The position numbers were made by a program, and so were the translations under genes. From an uncultured virus (IMG/VR IMGVR_UViG_2663763270_000002) (lineage: Duplodnaviria; Heunggongvirae; Uroviricota; Caudoviricetes), in IMG/VR virus record IMGVR_UViG_2663763270_000002: a stretch of 27,582 nucleotides of DNA; one strand, given 5' to 3'. The notes under the pieces were generated by a model. That model made no database searches, was not told the origin of the DNA, and worked only from the letters and a program-made list of their open reading frames with translations. Positions 7,896-15,856 of this stretch are shown here, one piece after another (positions within the stretch are counted from its first letter, which is position 1; each line of letters starts with the position of its first letter).

Positions 7896-8288
7896 ATGAC
7901 CGTCACCATCTACCGTCCGGCCCGCGCCGCCCGTCTCGCCGCCGTGAAGGCGCACGTGCGACGCGTCCGGCGCCTGCTAGCCGCCGCGGTGGCCCGGTTC
8001 CTCAACGGCCCCCAGATCACCGAAGCGCTCAACACCGGCCGCCTGGTGACGGTCAGCACCCACATGACGGGGCTCGGCGCGGACAGTGACCAGGTCCGCC
8101 GGTACAGCTCGCCAGCCGGGAAGAAGGTGAAGGCCGCGTTTCTGGGCTTGCACGGGATCGAACCCGGCAAGGTGTGGGTGGTGCGTAACGGGCGCCCGGT
8201 GCACGTGTACGCCTACTCCCCCACTGACCCCGCACTCACTGACGGGCTGGCCGCCTACGCCCGCACCGCCCACCTGGTCACCGCCTGA
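7896..8288 (+). CDS. Hypothetical protein, possibly related to antirepressor C-terminal domains
   Basis: GAAGGA RBS; GKKVKAAF..HG..P...NGR..VYAY pattern (family call weak). Confidence 0.75.
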   Translation: MTVTIYRPARAARLAAVKAHVRRVRRLLAAAVARFLNGPQITEALNTGRLVTVSTHMTGLGADSDQVRRYSSPAGKKVKAAFLGLHGIEPGKVWVVRNGRPVHVYAYSPTDPALTDGLAAYARTAHLVTA

Positions 8289-8317
8289 CCAACCCGCCCC
8301 TACCGAAGGACTCCCCC

Positions 8318-8569
8318 ATGAGCAACTACAGCGTCGGCGACCTCGTCCGCATCAACGGCCGGACGTGGCGCGTCGCCCGACTCGGCACCGCGCAGGACGG
8401 CCGGCCTTCCGTCAGCCTGGTCAACCCCGACAACCGCCACAACGGCACGGCGTTCTACGCGGACGTGCTGGACAGGATCGGCACCCGCGTTTCGGATGAC
8501 CCCACCGACACGGACCAGGGAATGGCGGACCCGACCGCGCCGGAGACGGAGGACGCATACCCCGCCTGA
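8318..8569 (+). CDS. Hypothetical protein, SH3/KOW-like start (YSVGDLVRI)
   Basis: GAAGGA RBS. Confidence 0.75.
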   Translation: MSNYSVGDLVRINGRTWRVARLGTAQDGRPSVSLVNPDNRHNGTAFYADVLDRIGTRVSDDPTDTDQGMADPTAPETEDAYPA

Positions 8570-8630
8570 CCCACCCGCCCCGGCCGGGGCACACCGTCCC
8601 GGCCCTCCACCTCTCCTGAAGGAGCCCCCG

Positions 8631-8822
8631 TTGACCGACCACACCGGAACCCGCATCCGCCGCCACGACCGCGTCGCGATCCTGCCCGGCTCCCCCGCCC
8701 GCGCCAGCGGGCACGAGTACGGGGACGTGCAGTTGGTGGGCCGCAAGTGGGTGCACGTCACCACCAACCAGGGCCGCACCATCCAGGTCGCCGCCCACGA
8801 CTTGCACCGCATCAACCGCTGA
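8631..8822 (+). CDS. Hypothetical SH3-like beta protein (63 aa)
   Basis: GAAGGAG RBS before TTG 8631; IRRHDRV...GDVQLVGRKWVHV. Confidence 0.75.
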   Translation: MTDHTGTRIRRHDRVAILPGSPARASGHEYGDVQLVGRKWVHVTTNQGRTIQVAAHDLHRINR

Positions 8823-8944
8823 CCCACCCCCGACAACCACGAGGAGCCCGGTAGCGGCGCCACGCCCGCGCCGCCGGCTGCCAGAGCCGAATATCTGTCC
8901 GCCACATAACGTCAACGCAACATCAGGCCGGAAGGACTACAGAC

Positions 8945-9289
8945 GTGAGCGTCAACTACTACGCCCGCACCGCAGAAACGCCCGCCGATGACGAGGGTCT
9001 ACACATCGGCCAGTACGTGGGCGGCACCGAGTTCCTGTTCCGGGGACACCGCGACCTCGGCTTGACCACTGTGCAGGCGTGGCGGGACTACCTCACCCGT
9101 GACGATGTGACGATCGTGGCGGAGAGCGGCTATGAGGTGGATTTCCGAGACTTCTGGCCCGATGCTGTCGCCCGCCCCGCGCACGTGGACTTCATCATGA
9201 CGCCACGCTGGCCGTCGTCGGAGCTGCCGAGCGACCGTCGTTGGCGGGATGTGGGCGGGCACCCGTTCTTCGGTGCCGAATTCTGCTGA
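8945..9289 (+). CDS. Hypothetical phage protein (114 aa)
   Basis: GAAGGA RBS; NYY...LHIG...F.F.G motifs. Confidence 0.8.
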   Translation: MSVNYYARTAETPADDEGLHIGQYVGGTEFLFRGHRDLGLTTVQAWRDYLTRDDVTIVAESGYEVDFRDFWPDAVARPAHVDFIMTPRWPSSELPSDRRWRDVGGHPFFGAEFC

Positions 9290-9299
9290 CCACCTGCCC

Positions 9300-9371
9300 G
9301 TGGTGGCTGGCGCCCTGCACAACGGCGTGCAGAGGGGACCAACGACGTTCCCCGCGAGCGACAGCCACCAC
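9300..9371 (+). ncRNA. Candidate three-way-junction structured element
   Basis: 13/14-bp outer stem enclosing two hairpins that both carry CAACGRCGT. Confidence 0.4.
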
Positions 9372-9451
9372 ACCCCACGATTGAGGGAACCGCGCCCGAC
9401 CGAACAGCGTCCAAGCCATCAACACACCCAATCGGCCTCCAGGAGCCCTGA

Positions 9452-9742
9452 ATGCCTTCCGTACCTGACGGTTCCATATCCGATAACCCTGCCTTCTTGC
9501 GTGAGGTGATCCAGATCCTCGACGGGGCTGCCGTGAACGACCCGGCCTCCGCGCATGGTCCGGTCGATGCTGCGGTCGAGGCGATCATGGCGAGCCTGGT
9601 GCGGACGGCGAGGTACACCTTGGAGGTTCTGCGGGCCGGCGGGGAGAAGGCGCGTTCGTTCCTTGATGCACTGGGGCGGAGCGTCGCACGCCTGCCGACC
9701 CACCAACACAATCCACCCGCGGCCGGAGGAGAGAAGGCATGA
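9452..9742 (+). CDS. Hypothetical protein (96 aa)
   Basis: AGGAG RBS; ATGA overlap downstream. Confidence 0.65.
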   Translation: MPSVPDGSISDNPAFLREVIQILDGAAVNDPASAHGPVDAAVEAIMASLVRTARYTLEVLRAGGEKARSFLDALGRSVARLPTHQHNPPAAGGEKA

Positions 9743-9945
9743 CTGATTACTGCATCACCTGTGAACGCACCACCGATTTCGTGTACGACGACACCGACGA
9801 ATTGCGCTGCACCAGGTGCGGCTGCCCGACCGTCGAAGAAGACGACGACGACTACGACGAGGACGAGGACGAGGACCGACATGACGCGTTCCTCGAAGCG
9901 CTCGACAACACGGACGGGGGGCGTGCCAATGCCGCGTTCAGTTGA
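9739..9945 (+). CDS. Small zinc-ribbon protein with poly-acidic tail
   Basis: CITC...CTRC then EEDDDDYDEDEDED. Confidence 0.7.
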   Translation: MTDYCITCERTTDFVYDDTDELRCTRCGCPTVEEDDDDYDEDEDEDRHDAFLEALDNTDGGRANAAFS

Positions 9946-10258
9946 TCACCTGGTCGCCGTCCACGAGCTGGCTAGGAGACGGGTCGCCGCGGGCGTGCCG
10001 GTGTGGGCCGAGACGATCAATCTCGCTGGTGTCTTCCACAACGACGCGATGACCTTCGTTCAGCGGCGGGACGCGATCGTGGAGCGGTTGCGTGCAACCC
10101 GTTGGTACCGGAACGATGACCCGTACGAGTTCGAAGGGGTGCGTGACATCGTGGACGATCACCTTGCCCATGGTGAGGACGTGAACGAGTTCTATGGCTG
10201 GTGGGACGAACTGTACGACCTGGCCAACTACGCCCGCGTGGCGATCACGACGAAGTGA
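9929..10258 (+). CDS. Hypothetical phage protein (109 aa)
   Basis: G-rich RBS; acidic/aromatic C-terminus (WDELYDLAN). Confidence 0.75.
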   Translation: MPRSVDHLVAVHELARRRVAAGVPVWAETINLAGVFHNDAMTFVQRRDAIVERLRATRWYRNDDPYEFEGVRDIVDDHLAHGEDVNEFYGWWDELYDLANYARVAITTK

Positions 10259-10261
10259 AGC

Positions 10262-10507
10262 GTGAGCAGCATGAAGATTGTCGAATCCATAGCCTCGACC
10301 TGGGTTTTCCACCTCAGTGTAGATCCCAATGGGGTGTCGGCCCTCTGTGGCGCGCAGACGATGCCTAGCCCGGCGCTCCTTGAAAGCTGGGGAGATGTGA
10401 GCCATATCAGAGAGCGGTACTGCGCGAGGTGCGGTGCCCTAGCGGGCTTCCCGGGCGTGAAGCATGAGGCTGCGGGCCCGACCGCTGGCAGGGAACTGCG
10501 ATCGTGA
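10262..10507 (+). CDS. Hypothetical protein with H..LCG/CxxC zinc motif
   Basis: Operon position; GTGA overlap downstream. Confidence 0.65.
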   Translation: MSSMKIVESIASTWVFHLSVDPNGVSALCGAQTMPSPALLESWGDVSHIRERYCARCGALAGFPGVKHEAAGPTAGRELRS

Positions 10508-10695
10508 ACCTGCTGGATGATGTCGTCGAGTGTTTGACGGAGCGATGGCACGAGTCGGACGACGTCCGCTCACTGCCGGAGTATCTCGGCATGACCGCCG
10601 AGCAGTTCGGTCGCTGGTCGGCCGGAGTGATGTCGGCCCAGGAGTTGCAGGCCTGGGCGGACCGGCGCGGCATCCGTGTAGGAGAGGCGCCGTGA
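10504..10695 (+). CDS. Hypothetical protein (63 aa; WHES..LPEYLGMT..F..W)
   Basis: GTGA overlaps at both ends. Confidence 0.75.
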   Translation: MNLLDDVVECLTERWHESDDVRSLPEYLGMTAEQFGRWSAGVMSAQELQAWADRRGIRVGEAP

Positions 10696-11252
10696 CGACG
10701 CGGCCGTTGCTGTATCTGGATGTGGACGGCCCGCTCAACCCCTACGCGGCGAAACCGCATCTGCGGCCCGCCGGGTACGAGACGCATCGAATGCTGCCGC
10801 CGACCTGGATGGCCCAACATGGTGACCGGCCGTCCGGGCGGATCAAACCGCTGCGAGTGTGGCTCAACCCCGTGCACGGGCCGAAGCTGCTCGCTCTCAC
10901 TGACGTGTTCGAGTTGTGGTGGGCGACAACGTGGGAGCACGACGCCAACACGCATATCGGCCCCACGATCGGGTTGCCCGAGTTGCCGGTGGTGGAGTGG
11001 AAGACGTCGAAGCGGTTCGGTCCGGATGGGACGTTCTTCAAGACCGCAGAGCTTGTCGATCACGCTGGCGGGCGGCCGTTCGCGTGGGTGGACGACGACA
11101 TCACCAACCGGGACCGGGTGTACGTCGAGCGCACGCACGGCCCCGGGGCGCTGCTGCATTGGGTTGACCCGGCGAAGGGTTTGCTCGACGAGGATTTCGC
11201 TGCGCTGCGCTCGTGGGCGGCGGGTTTGGTCGTGGCAGGATCGGCGGCATGA
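10692..11252 (+). CDS. HAD-superfamily phosphatase of the 'Swiss Army Knife' RNA-repair-associated type (HAD_SAK)
   Basis: LYLDVDGPLN, WATTW, FK, FAWVDDD and GL motifs; GTG at 10692. Confidence 0.85.
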   Translation: MTTRPLLYLDVDGPLNPYAAKPHLRPAGYETHRMLPPTWMAQHGDRPSGRIKPLRVWLNPVHGPKLLALTDVFELWWATTWEHDANTHIGPTIGLPELPVVEWKTSKRFGPDGTFFKTAELVDHAGGRPFAWVDDDITNRDRVYVERTHGPGALLHWVDPAKGLLDEDFAALRSWAAGLVVAGSAA

Positions 11253-11422
11253 GTGAGGAGCAGGCGCCCGCGGAGGGTGAGGGCGGGCAGGTGATCGACG
11301 CGGCGCACAGGTTCGGTCAGCAGGAACGGCGCCGCCCTACGTTGTCGGCGGCCGAGATCGAGGCGTACAGGTCGGCGGGGTTGTCTGACGAGGACATCGC
11401 GGAGTTGTTCAGCACCGATTAG
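11249..11422 (+). CDS. Small acidic protein (57 aa)
   Basis: ATGA overlap; ends at a terminator. Confidence 0.65.
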   Translation: MSEEQAPAEGEGGQVIDAAHRFGQQERRRPTLSAAEIEAYRSAGLSDEDIAELFSTD

Positions 11423-11455
11423 CCCCCGGAGTGGTTTCCGGGGGTTCGTTTTGTT
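11423..11455 (+). terminator. Intrinsic terminator of the rightward island
   Basis: CCCCCGGA-GTGGTT-TCCGGGGG then TTCGTTTTGTT. Confidence 0.8.
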
Positions 11456-11508
11456 CGGGGTGAAGGCGTACGGGTTCCCGATCCGCTTGGAACCCGGCGA
11501 GAAGTAGG

Positions 11509-11542
11509 CGAGGCCCCCAACGTCGTGCGCGTGGGGGCCTCG
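11509..11542. terminator. GC-rich hairpin between convergent operons
   Basis: CGAGGCCCCCA-N12-TGGGGGCCTCG; another 8-bp stem lies at 11471-11496. Confidence 0.55.
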
Positions 11543-11584
11543 TTGGTGAGGGTAGCAGGCTAGTTGTCGGGGTATGTGGAAGCT

Positions 11585-11848
11585 TCAGTCCATCTTCGGC
11601 ATCCGCAGTACTTGGGGCGGCGCGTCCTTCCCGGCGAGGGTGGTGCGGATCTGGTCGCGAATGGTCTCTAGCGCGGCAGGGTCGGCGGATATGCGTGCGT
11701 GGAGGCGGGCAGCGAGTTCGCTGGCGACCTGGTTGGGGATCTTCGGTTTCACGAAGGCGCTGGCTGCGGATGCGACACCGGATTGGAAGCCGTTGAGGTA
11801 GATGCGGAGCGCGACTTCGATGTCGATGGGTTCGCGCTGGATGGTCAT
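11585..11848 (-). CDS. Hypothetical protein (87 aa)
   Basis: ATGA overlap. Confidence 0.75.
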   Translation of the reverse strand: MTIQREPIDIEVALRIYLNGFQSGVASAASAFVKPKIPNQVASELAARLHARISADPAALETIRDQIRTTLAGKDAPPQVLRMPKMD

Positions 11849-12102
11849 GCGATGCCCGCCCGGTTGAGGACGTCGTCGAGTGCGATGCGGCTGCGGCCGA
11901 CTTGGAGCCAGTGGACTTCGGTGACGGCGATGACGTCACGGTTCATGTCGCGGTGTTCTTTGCGTTCGTAGATGACTTCGAGGCTGGTGCTGGTGCCTAG
12001 GTGGCGGTTGAGGGTGTTGGCGAGGTCGCCGCTGATTGTGGCGCGGGGTTGCTTGGAGCGGACGAACTCGTTGAGCTGTTCAACTGTGGTGATGGCTGTC
12101 AT
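11845..12102 (-). CDS. Hypothetical protein (85 aa)
   Basis: GAAGGGA RBS. Confidence 0.75.
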   Translation of the reverse strand: MTAITTVEQLNEFVRSKQPRATISGDLANTLNRHLGTSTSLEVIYERKEHRDMNRDVIAVTEVHWLQVGRSRIALDDVLNRAGIA

Positions 12103-12141
12103 GATGTCGTCCCTTCGCTGGGTGATAGCGGCGTGGTAGGG

Positions 12142-12163
12142 ACTCTAGCGAGAACCACCGACA
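12142..12163 (-). promoter_or_regulatory. PafBC/RecA-NDp-type promoter TGTCGG-N10-TAGAGT
   Basis: Exact fit to TGTCGG-N10-TANNNT, 40 bp upstream of gene 12102. Confidence 0.55.
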
Positions 12164-12441
12164 GGTCCGGATTGGTGTTCGCGAACGTCTCGGATGCCGG
12201 CGGCTCGCGCTCGGGCGAGACAATCCTTGGTGCCGGACCAGCCGGCGCCTATGGGGAAGCCGAGGACGAGGTCTGCGCCGAGGTCGACCATGAGCTGGTT
12301 CCGGATGCCGCCAGCACAGGTGTGGTAGACGCGGCTGTCTCGCTGGCGTCGATGCGTGCAGGTTGGCCCACATGCCTGGTCCCATTTGGCGGGGTGCGGT
12401 TCGTCGGGGAGTCCGCCGCCGGTCCAGATGTCGGCGGCGAT
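12145..12441 (-). pseudogene. C-terminal half of a YspA/DUF2493-type SLOG protein, with no start codon
   Basis: Hand translation: IAADIW..EPHPAKW...AGGIRNQLMVDLGADLVLGFP...SGTKDCLARARAAGI. Confidence 0.7.
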
Positions 12442-12571
12442 GGATCCACGTCTGCCTGTCGGACTCGCCGATCTCCTCCCACGTCGCGATCTTGCAGAAG
12501 TGGTCGAACTGGGCGCGCGCCACGGTCTCGACGTACTGGGCGCGGATCTCTTCGGGCGTCGGTGGCCTCAT
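12442..12571 (-). pseudogene. N-terminal fragment of a hypothetical gene joined out of frame to the SLOG relic
   Basis: MRPPTPEEIRAQYVETVARA..WEEIGESDRQTWI, then an Arg/Pro-rich off-frame tail to 12080. Confidence 0.6.
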
Positions 12572-13068
12572 TCGCCTATTCCTCGTTCGGTGTATCGGGT
12601 GCCGCCGACGCCGAGCTGGTCCATAACCTGGTCGTGCCAGTCCTCGTCGGAGACGTAACTGTTGGCTTCGACGGTGGCGATCGCGGCGTTGATCGACCCC
12701 ACCACCGCTCGGTCGAAGGCCGCAGCAGCCTGTGCCTGCTGTGCGGCGTGTTTCGCTTCCGCGGCTCGCCGCGCCTCCAGGAGGCGCGGCTCATCCAGCC
12801 ACAACAAGACCTGGTCGAGCGGTACGTCGGGCTCGTCGTACCCGACGTCGGGAAACAGCTTCACGATCTCGCCAGCCTCGACGATGAAGACCCGACTCAT
12901 GTGATTGCAGCAGCCGCCGCCGTTGCACCGTTCGGTACGCCATTCGTTGCGGAACTCGACTTGCGTATGTCGCCCGACGCCCAAGCGTGCCCGGACCTGT
13001 TCGGCGAGTTCGCCAGTGACGATCCACTGTTCGTCGTCGGCCTCGGTGAGCGTGTAGGCGGGTGTCAT
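12568..13068 (-). CDS. Hypothetical protein (166 aa)
   Basis: ATGA overlaps; GGAG RBS. Confidence 0.75.
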   Translation of the reverse strand: MTPAYTLTEADDEQWIVTGELAEQVRARLGVGRHTQVEFRNEWRTERCNGGGCCNHMSRVFIVEAGEIVKLFPDVGYDEPDVPLDQVLLWLDEPRLLEARRAAEAKHAAQQAQAAAAFDRAVVGSINAAIATVEANSYVSDEDWHDQVMDQLGVGGTRYTERGIGE

Positions 13069-13271
13069 TCGGTTCTCCCGATGTCGATGCCGAGCGCGTA
13101 TAGCCCGAACAAGACCACGAACACCGCGGTCGATACGAGCCCGGTCACGGCGGCTGCGCGTGCGACGGGGATCAGTCGGTCGCCCCAGGTGTCGAACTTG
13201 GCGATCGCGACGGCGGACGCGAGCAGCCAAACGAGGCCGGCGTCGGCGGCGACGGTGAACGCGAAGATCAT
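13065..13271 (-). CDS. Small two-helix membrane protein (68 aa)
   Basis: Two hydrophobic segments; ATGA overlaps. Confidence 0.7.
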   Translation of the reverse strand: MIFAFTVAADAGLVWLLASAVAIAKFDTWGDRLIPVARAAAVTGLVSTAVFVVLFGLYALGIDIGRTE

Positions 13272-13876
13272 GCGGCCGCCTCCCGACCTACGACCGGAGG
13301 ATTTGGCTCACGGGTCAGGGTCGGGCGAGTGCGCTGCCGGTTGAATTTGATATGCCCGACCATTCCGCTCGTGACGCCGAACATCTCTGCGATGTGAACA
13401 CGGGTGTAGCCGCGTGCGAGAAGGCGCCGAATCTCGGCAACGTCTGAGTCAGTGAGTTTGTGGTAACCCAGTCGGCCACGCGAGATTCGATCACGGGCGT
13501 TGTCCAGGTGTGTGCCGACGGTCAGGTGGTCTGGGTTTACGCAACGCGGGATGTCACAGTGGTGGCGAACGATTTGCCCTTCATCGATCGCGCCGACGAA
13601 CGTCGAGTACGCGAATCGGTGCCCCTTGATCTGCTTGCCGTCCACCTTAAACTGCGGGTATCGCCGAACGAGGGACTTCGTCCAGAGCCAGCACGGTGTC
13701 TTCAGCCCGTAGGGGGCTGGCGCCAGCACATAGGACTCGTGGAACCGTTCAATCGCGGTCTTGCTTTTCGGCGGCTCCACCGTCCCGGCACGCCACCACC
13801 GGCGGTAGTGGAGTCGGCACATCTCCCGAGCAACTACCGTTCCTTCGCAGCCGTCAAGGTGGCAAGTTCGCGCCAC
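13268..13876 (-). CDS. HNH homing endonuclease (HNH_3 type) with N-terminal Zn knuckle and C-terminal HTH
   Basis: CWLW, HRFAY, VRHHCDIPRCVNPDHL..GTHLDN, KLTDSDVAEIR..IAEMFGVT; GTG at 13876. Confidence 0.9.
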   Translation of the reverse strand: MARTCHLDGCEGTVVAREMCRLHYRRWWRAGTVEPPKSKTAIERFHESYVLAPAPYGLKTPCWLWTKSLVRRYPQFKVDGKQIKGHRFAYSTFVGAIDEGQIVRHHCDIPRCVNPDHLTVGTHLDNARDRISRGRLGYHKLTDSDVAEIRRLLARGYTRVHIAEMFGVTSGMVGHIKFNRQRTRPTLTREPNPPVVGREAAA

Positions 13877-13878
13877 TC

Positions 13879-14175
13879 CTAATGCTCCTTCTTGCTGGTC
13901 GCTGCTTCGAGTCGCGCGATCTCTCGGTTGATGAACCACAGGCTTTTCCGCAAGTCTTCGATGGGGTTGCCCTTCACCTTCCCGTCGATGCGGGTGGCAC
14001 GGGCGATGTACTGCACGGCCTGGCCTCCGCAGGAGGAAAGCCATTCGGTGAGATCAATGGTTTCGGCGCCGTTGGGGAACTTGTAGTAGTCAGGGTTTGT
14101 TGGGTCGTCGCCCACGCCCGTCGCTACATCTCTCATTGTGTCTCCGGGCACCTCGGCGAAGGTCTTGCGGGTCAC
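13879..14175 (-). CDS. DUF3310 (SaV-like) phage protein
   Basis: NPDYY..ETID..GQAVQYIARA..KG..EDLRKSLWFINREI. Confidence 0.85.
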   Translation of the reverse strand: MTRKTFAEVPGDTMRDVATGVGDDPTNPDYYKFPNGAETIDLTEWLSSCGGQAVQYIARATRIDGKVKGNPIEDLRKSLWFINREIARLEAATSKKEH

Positions 14176-14531
14176 GCGGCGGCCTCCTCGGCGAGGTGGA
14201 AGCGGAGCCGCTGAGTGGGGCCTTCCTGGCAGATCGGGTCGTTCGCGAGGAAGTGCGCGAATGCGTCGGCGCCGAACGTCGGCGACGGGAACTGGACCTC
14301 GGGGCCGCGGGCTGAGTCGCCGGGGTTCAGCTCGTAGAGGCCGTCGCCGATCTTGTAGCAGCCGCGGCCGTTGATGCGCCCGGTCATCACCCAGAAGAAG
14401 GTGTCGCAGTCCCGGTACACCGGATACGTTCCGGGCGGAACGAAAACTTCACTGCCGCGGTCGCTGTTCGCGTCGAGGGGGTAGACGCGTTCGTTGAGTA
14501 TTTCGACGGTACCGACCTGGATCGGGTTCAT
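14172..14531 (-). CDS. Hypothetical protein (119 aa)
   Basis: AGGAG RBS; GTGA overlap. Confidence 0.75.
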   Translation of the reverse strand: MNPIQVGTVEILNERVYPLDANSDRGSEVFVPPGTYPVYRDCDTFFWVMTGRINGRGCYKIGDGLYELNPGDSARGPEVQFPSPTFGADAFAHFLANDPICQEGPTQRLRFHLAEEAAA

Positions 14532-14542
14532 GCGGCCTGCTC

Positions 14543-14782
14543 CTAGTTGTTGCGGTTGGCGCGGCGGGCTTTGCGGGCGGCACGGTTTCGGGCGCGTCGT
14601 CGCGCGACCTCGGCCTCGGGGACGGTGCCTTCGTAGATGTGTTTGCGCTGCAAACCGAGCAGGATGGCGCGCGCGTACGGGGTGTGGAACAGGCTGGTGA
14701 CGATGGTGATGCTCCGATGCTGCAGGAAGGTCGGGGGAATGATCTGGGCAAGTCCGCGGCTGCTGTGGAACGTGTCGGTCAT
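14543..14782 (-). CDS. Hypothetical protein with Arg-rich tail (79 aa)
   Basis: ATGA overlap; HIYEGTVP..EVARRRARN. Confidence 0.75.
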   Translation of the reverse strand: MTDTFHSSRGLAQIIPPTFLQHRSITIVTSLFHTPYARAILLGLQRKHIYEGTVPEAEVARRRARNRAARKARRANRNN

Positions 14783-15525
14783 GCTGCTTGGTCTCCCGCG
14801 GTCGCGACCGGCTGCCACTCCCCCACTGCTGGCCGGCGGGTGGCGTGCACTTCGACCCACAGCAAATGGGTTTCGGGGTCCACGCCGTACCTGTACGTGG
14901 TGCCTTCTGGTGAGGGGCGTACGTCGACGACCTGGCCGCCGACGCGAACGGTCAACCGCGCGTCACTGAGAAGCCCGTCTTCGGGTTCACGTGTCCAGGT
15001 GACTTCCAGCCCGTTGAGGGATTCGGGTTCGTCGCACCGCCACCACCGCGGTTCGCCTGTTGCCAGCAACTCGTTCGGGTTGTACGGGTCGTCAGGCAGC
15101 TGCCACACACTGCTTGGCAGACCGATGGCGGCGGCCAGGACATCGCCCCACGCCAGGTGGGCTGCCCGGATCGCCTCGGTCGGGCCGGGAACATACGGGA
15201 TCGGCGGTTCCGGTGCGGGAGGCGTGAACTCGCCGACGAAATCAGAGCCAGGACAAAGTATTTCACTGTCGTCGGCGGCGTACCGGTAGTCGGGGTCGAC
15301 ATAGCCTGCGCGGCGCATCGCCCGCATGCGCGCGGTGATCGCGAGCCCGTGCCAGTCGGCGTCGCACCACGGGTGTGGGCAGGTGACCTGGTTGATGTTG
15401 TGGTCGTAGCCGCTGGGCGTCTTCTGGAGCTGCCAGTCAACGAGTTCGTCGATTTCGTCGACGATGTCGCGGCGGTCGCGCGTGGATTCGGCGGCCTTGC
15501 AGACCGCATCGGCAGTGTCAGTCAT
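14779..15525 (-). CDS. Hypothetical phage protein (248 aa)
   Basis: ATGA overlap at 15522-15525; DIVDEIDELV..CP..C..WHGL..CPGS motifs. Confidence 0.75.
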   Translation of the reverse strand: MTDTADAVCKAAESTRDRRDIVDEIDELVDWQLQKTPSGYDHNINQVTCPHPWCDADWHGLAITARMRAMRRAGYVDPDYRYAADDSEILCPGSDFVGEFTPPAPEPPIPYVPGPTEAIRAAHLAWGDVLAAAIGLPSSVWQLPDDPYNPNELLATGEPRWWRCDEPESLNGLEVTWTREPEDGLLSDARLTVRVGGQVVDVRPSPEGTTYRYGVDPETHLLWVEVHATRRPAVGEWQPVATAGDQAA

Positions 15526-15797
15526 TCGGCACGCCTCCGCGGCTTGCTCAGCTTTTGGAACGCACTCGACACGTCCTCGGTGAATCCCTGTAGCCGATAG
15601 TGAAAATTCACATGTGCCGCCTGATCCGCTACAAGCGCACCACACGCGAGACACGCACCGTTCTCGAACAACTCTGGTACGCACCGGCCAACAATCACCG
15701 CAGCGTCGATAGGCTCCGCCATCGCCTGCGACAATAGGTCCCGAACCACGCCGGAAGTGTTCGGTTCAGGATCGGGCGGTCGCCCGTTTTCGGTCAT
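15522..15797 (-). CDS. Small C2H2-like zinc protein (CLACGALV....H..FH)
   Basis: Motif present; stop overlaps the next start. Confidence 0.7.
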   Translation of the reverse strand: MTENGRPPDPEPNTSGVVRDLLSQAMAEPIDAAVIVGRCVPELFENGACLACGALVADQAAHVNFHYRLQGFTEDVSSAFQKLSKPRRRAE

Positions 15798-15856
15798 ACA
15801 TTAATTGTCTCGCGCCACGTCAACCCGGAAATTGAGAGCACACGACACGGCCCCCG

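Noticed and set aside
7856..9300. Junction repeats as a CRISPR array or integron attC sites
   Set aside because: Repeats are about 10-20 bp and degenerate, spacers are whole genes, and there is no cas gene, integron integrase or attC-type long palindrome.
9300..9371. tRNA gene
   Set aside because: Only two inner arms, and no TTCRA T-loop or D-loop consensus.
12001..13344. 447-aa plus-strand ORF
   Set aside because: Antisense shadow of four coupled minus-strand genes; high-GC artefact with no motifs.
15798..15825. TTGACG..TAATGT promoter before gene 15797
   Set aside because: The spacer is only 14 bp and the -10 abuts the ATG, so it is not supportable as called.
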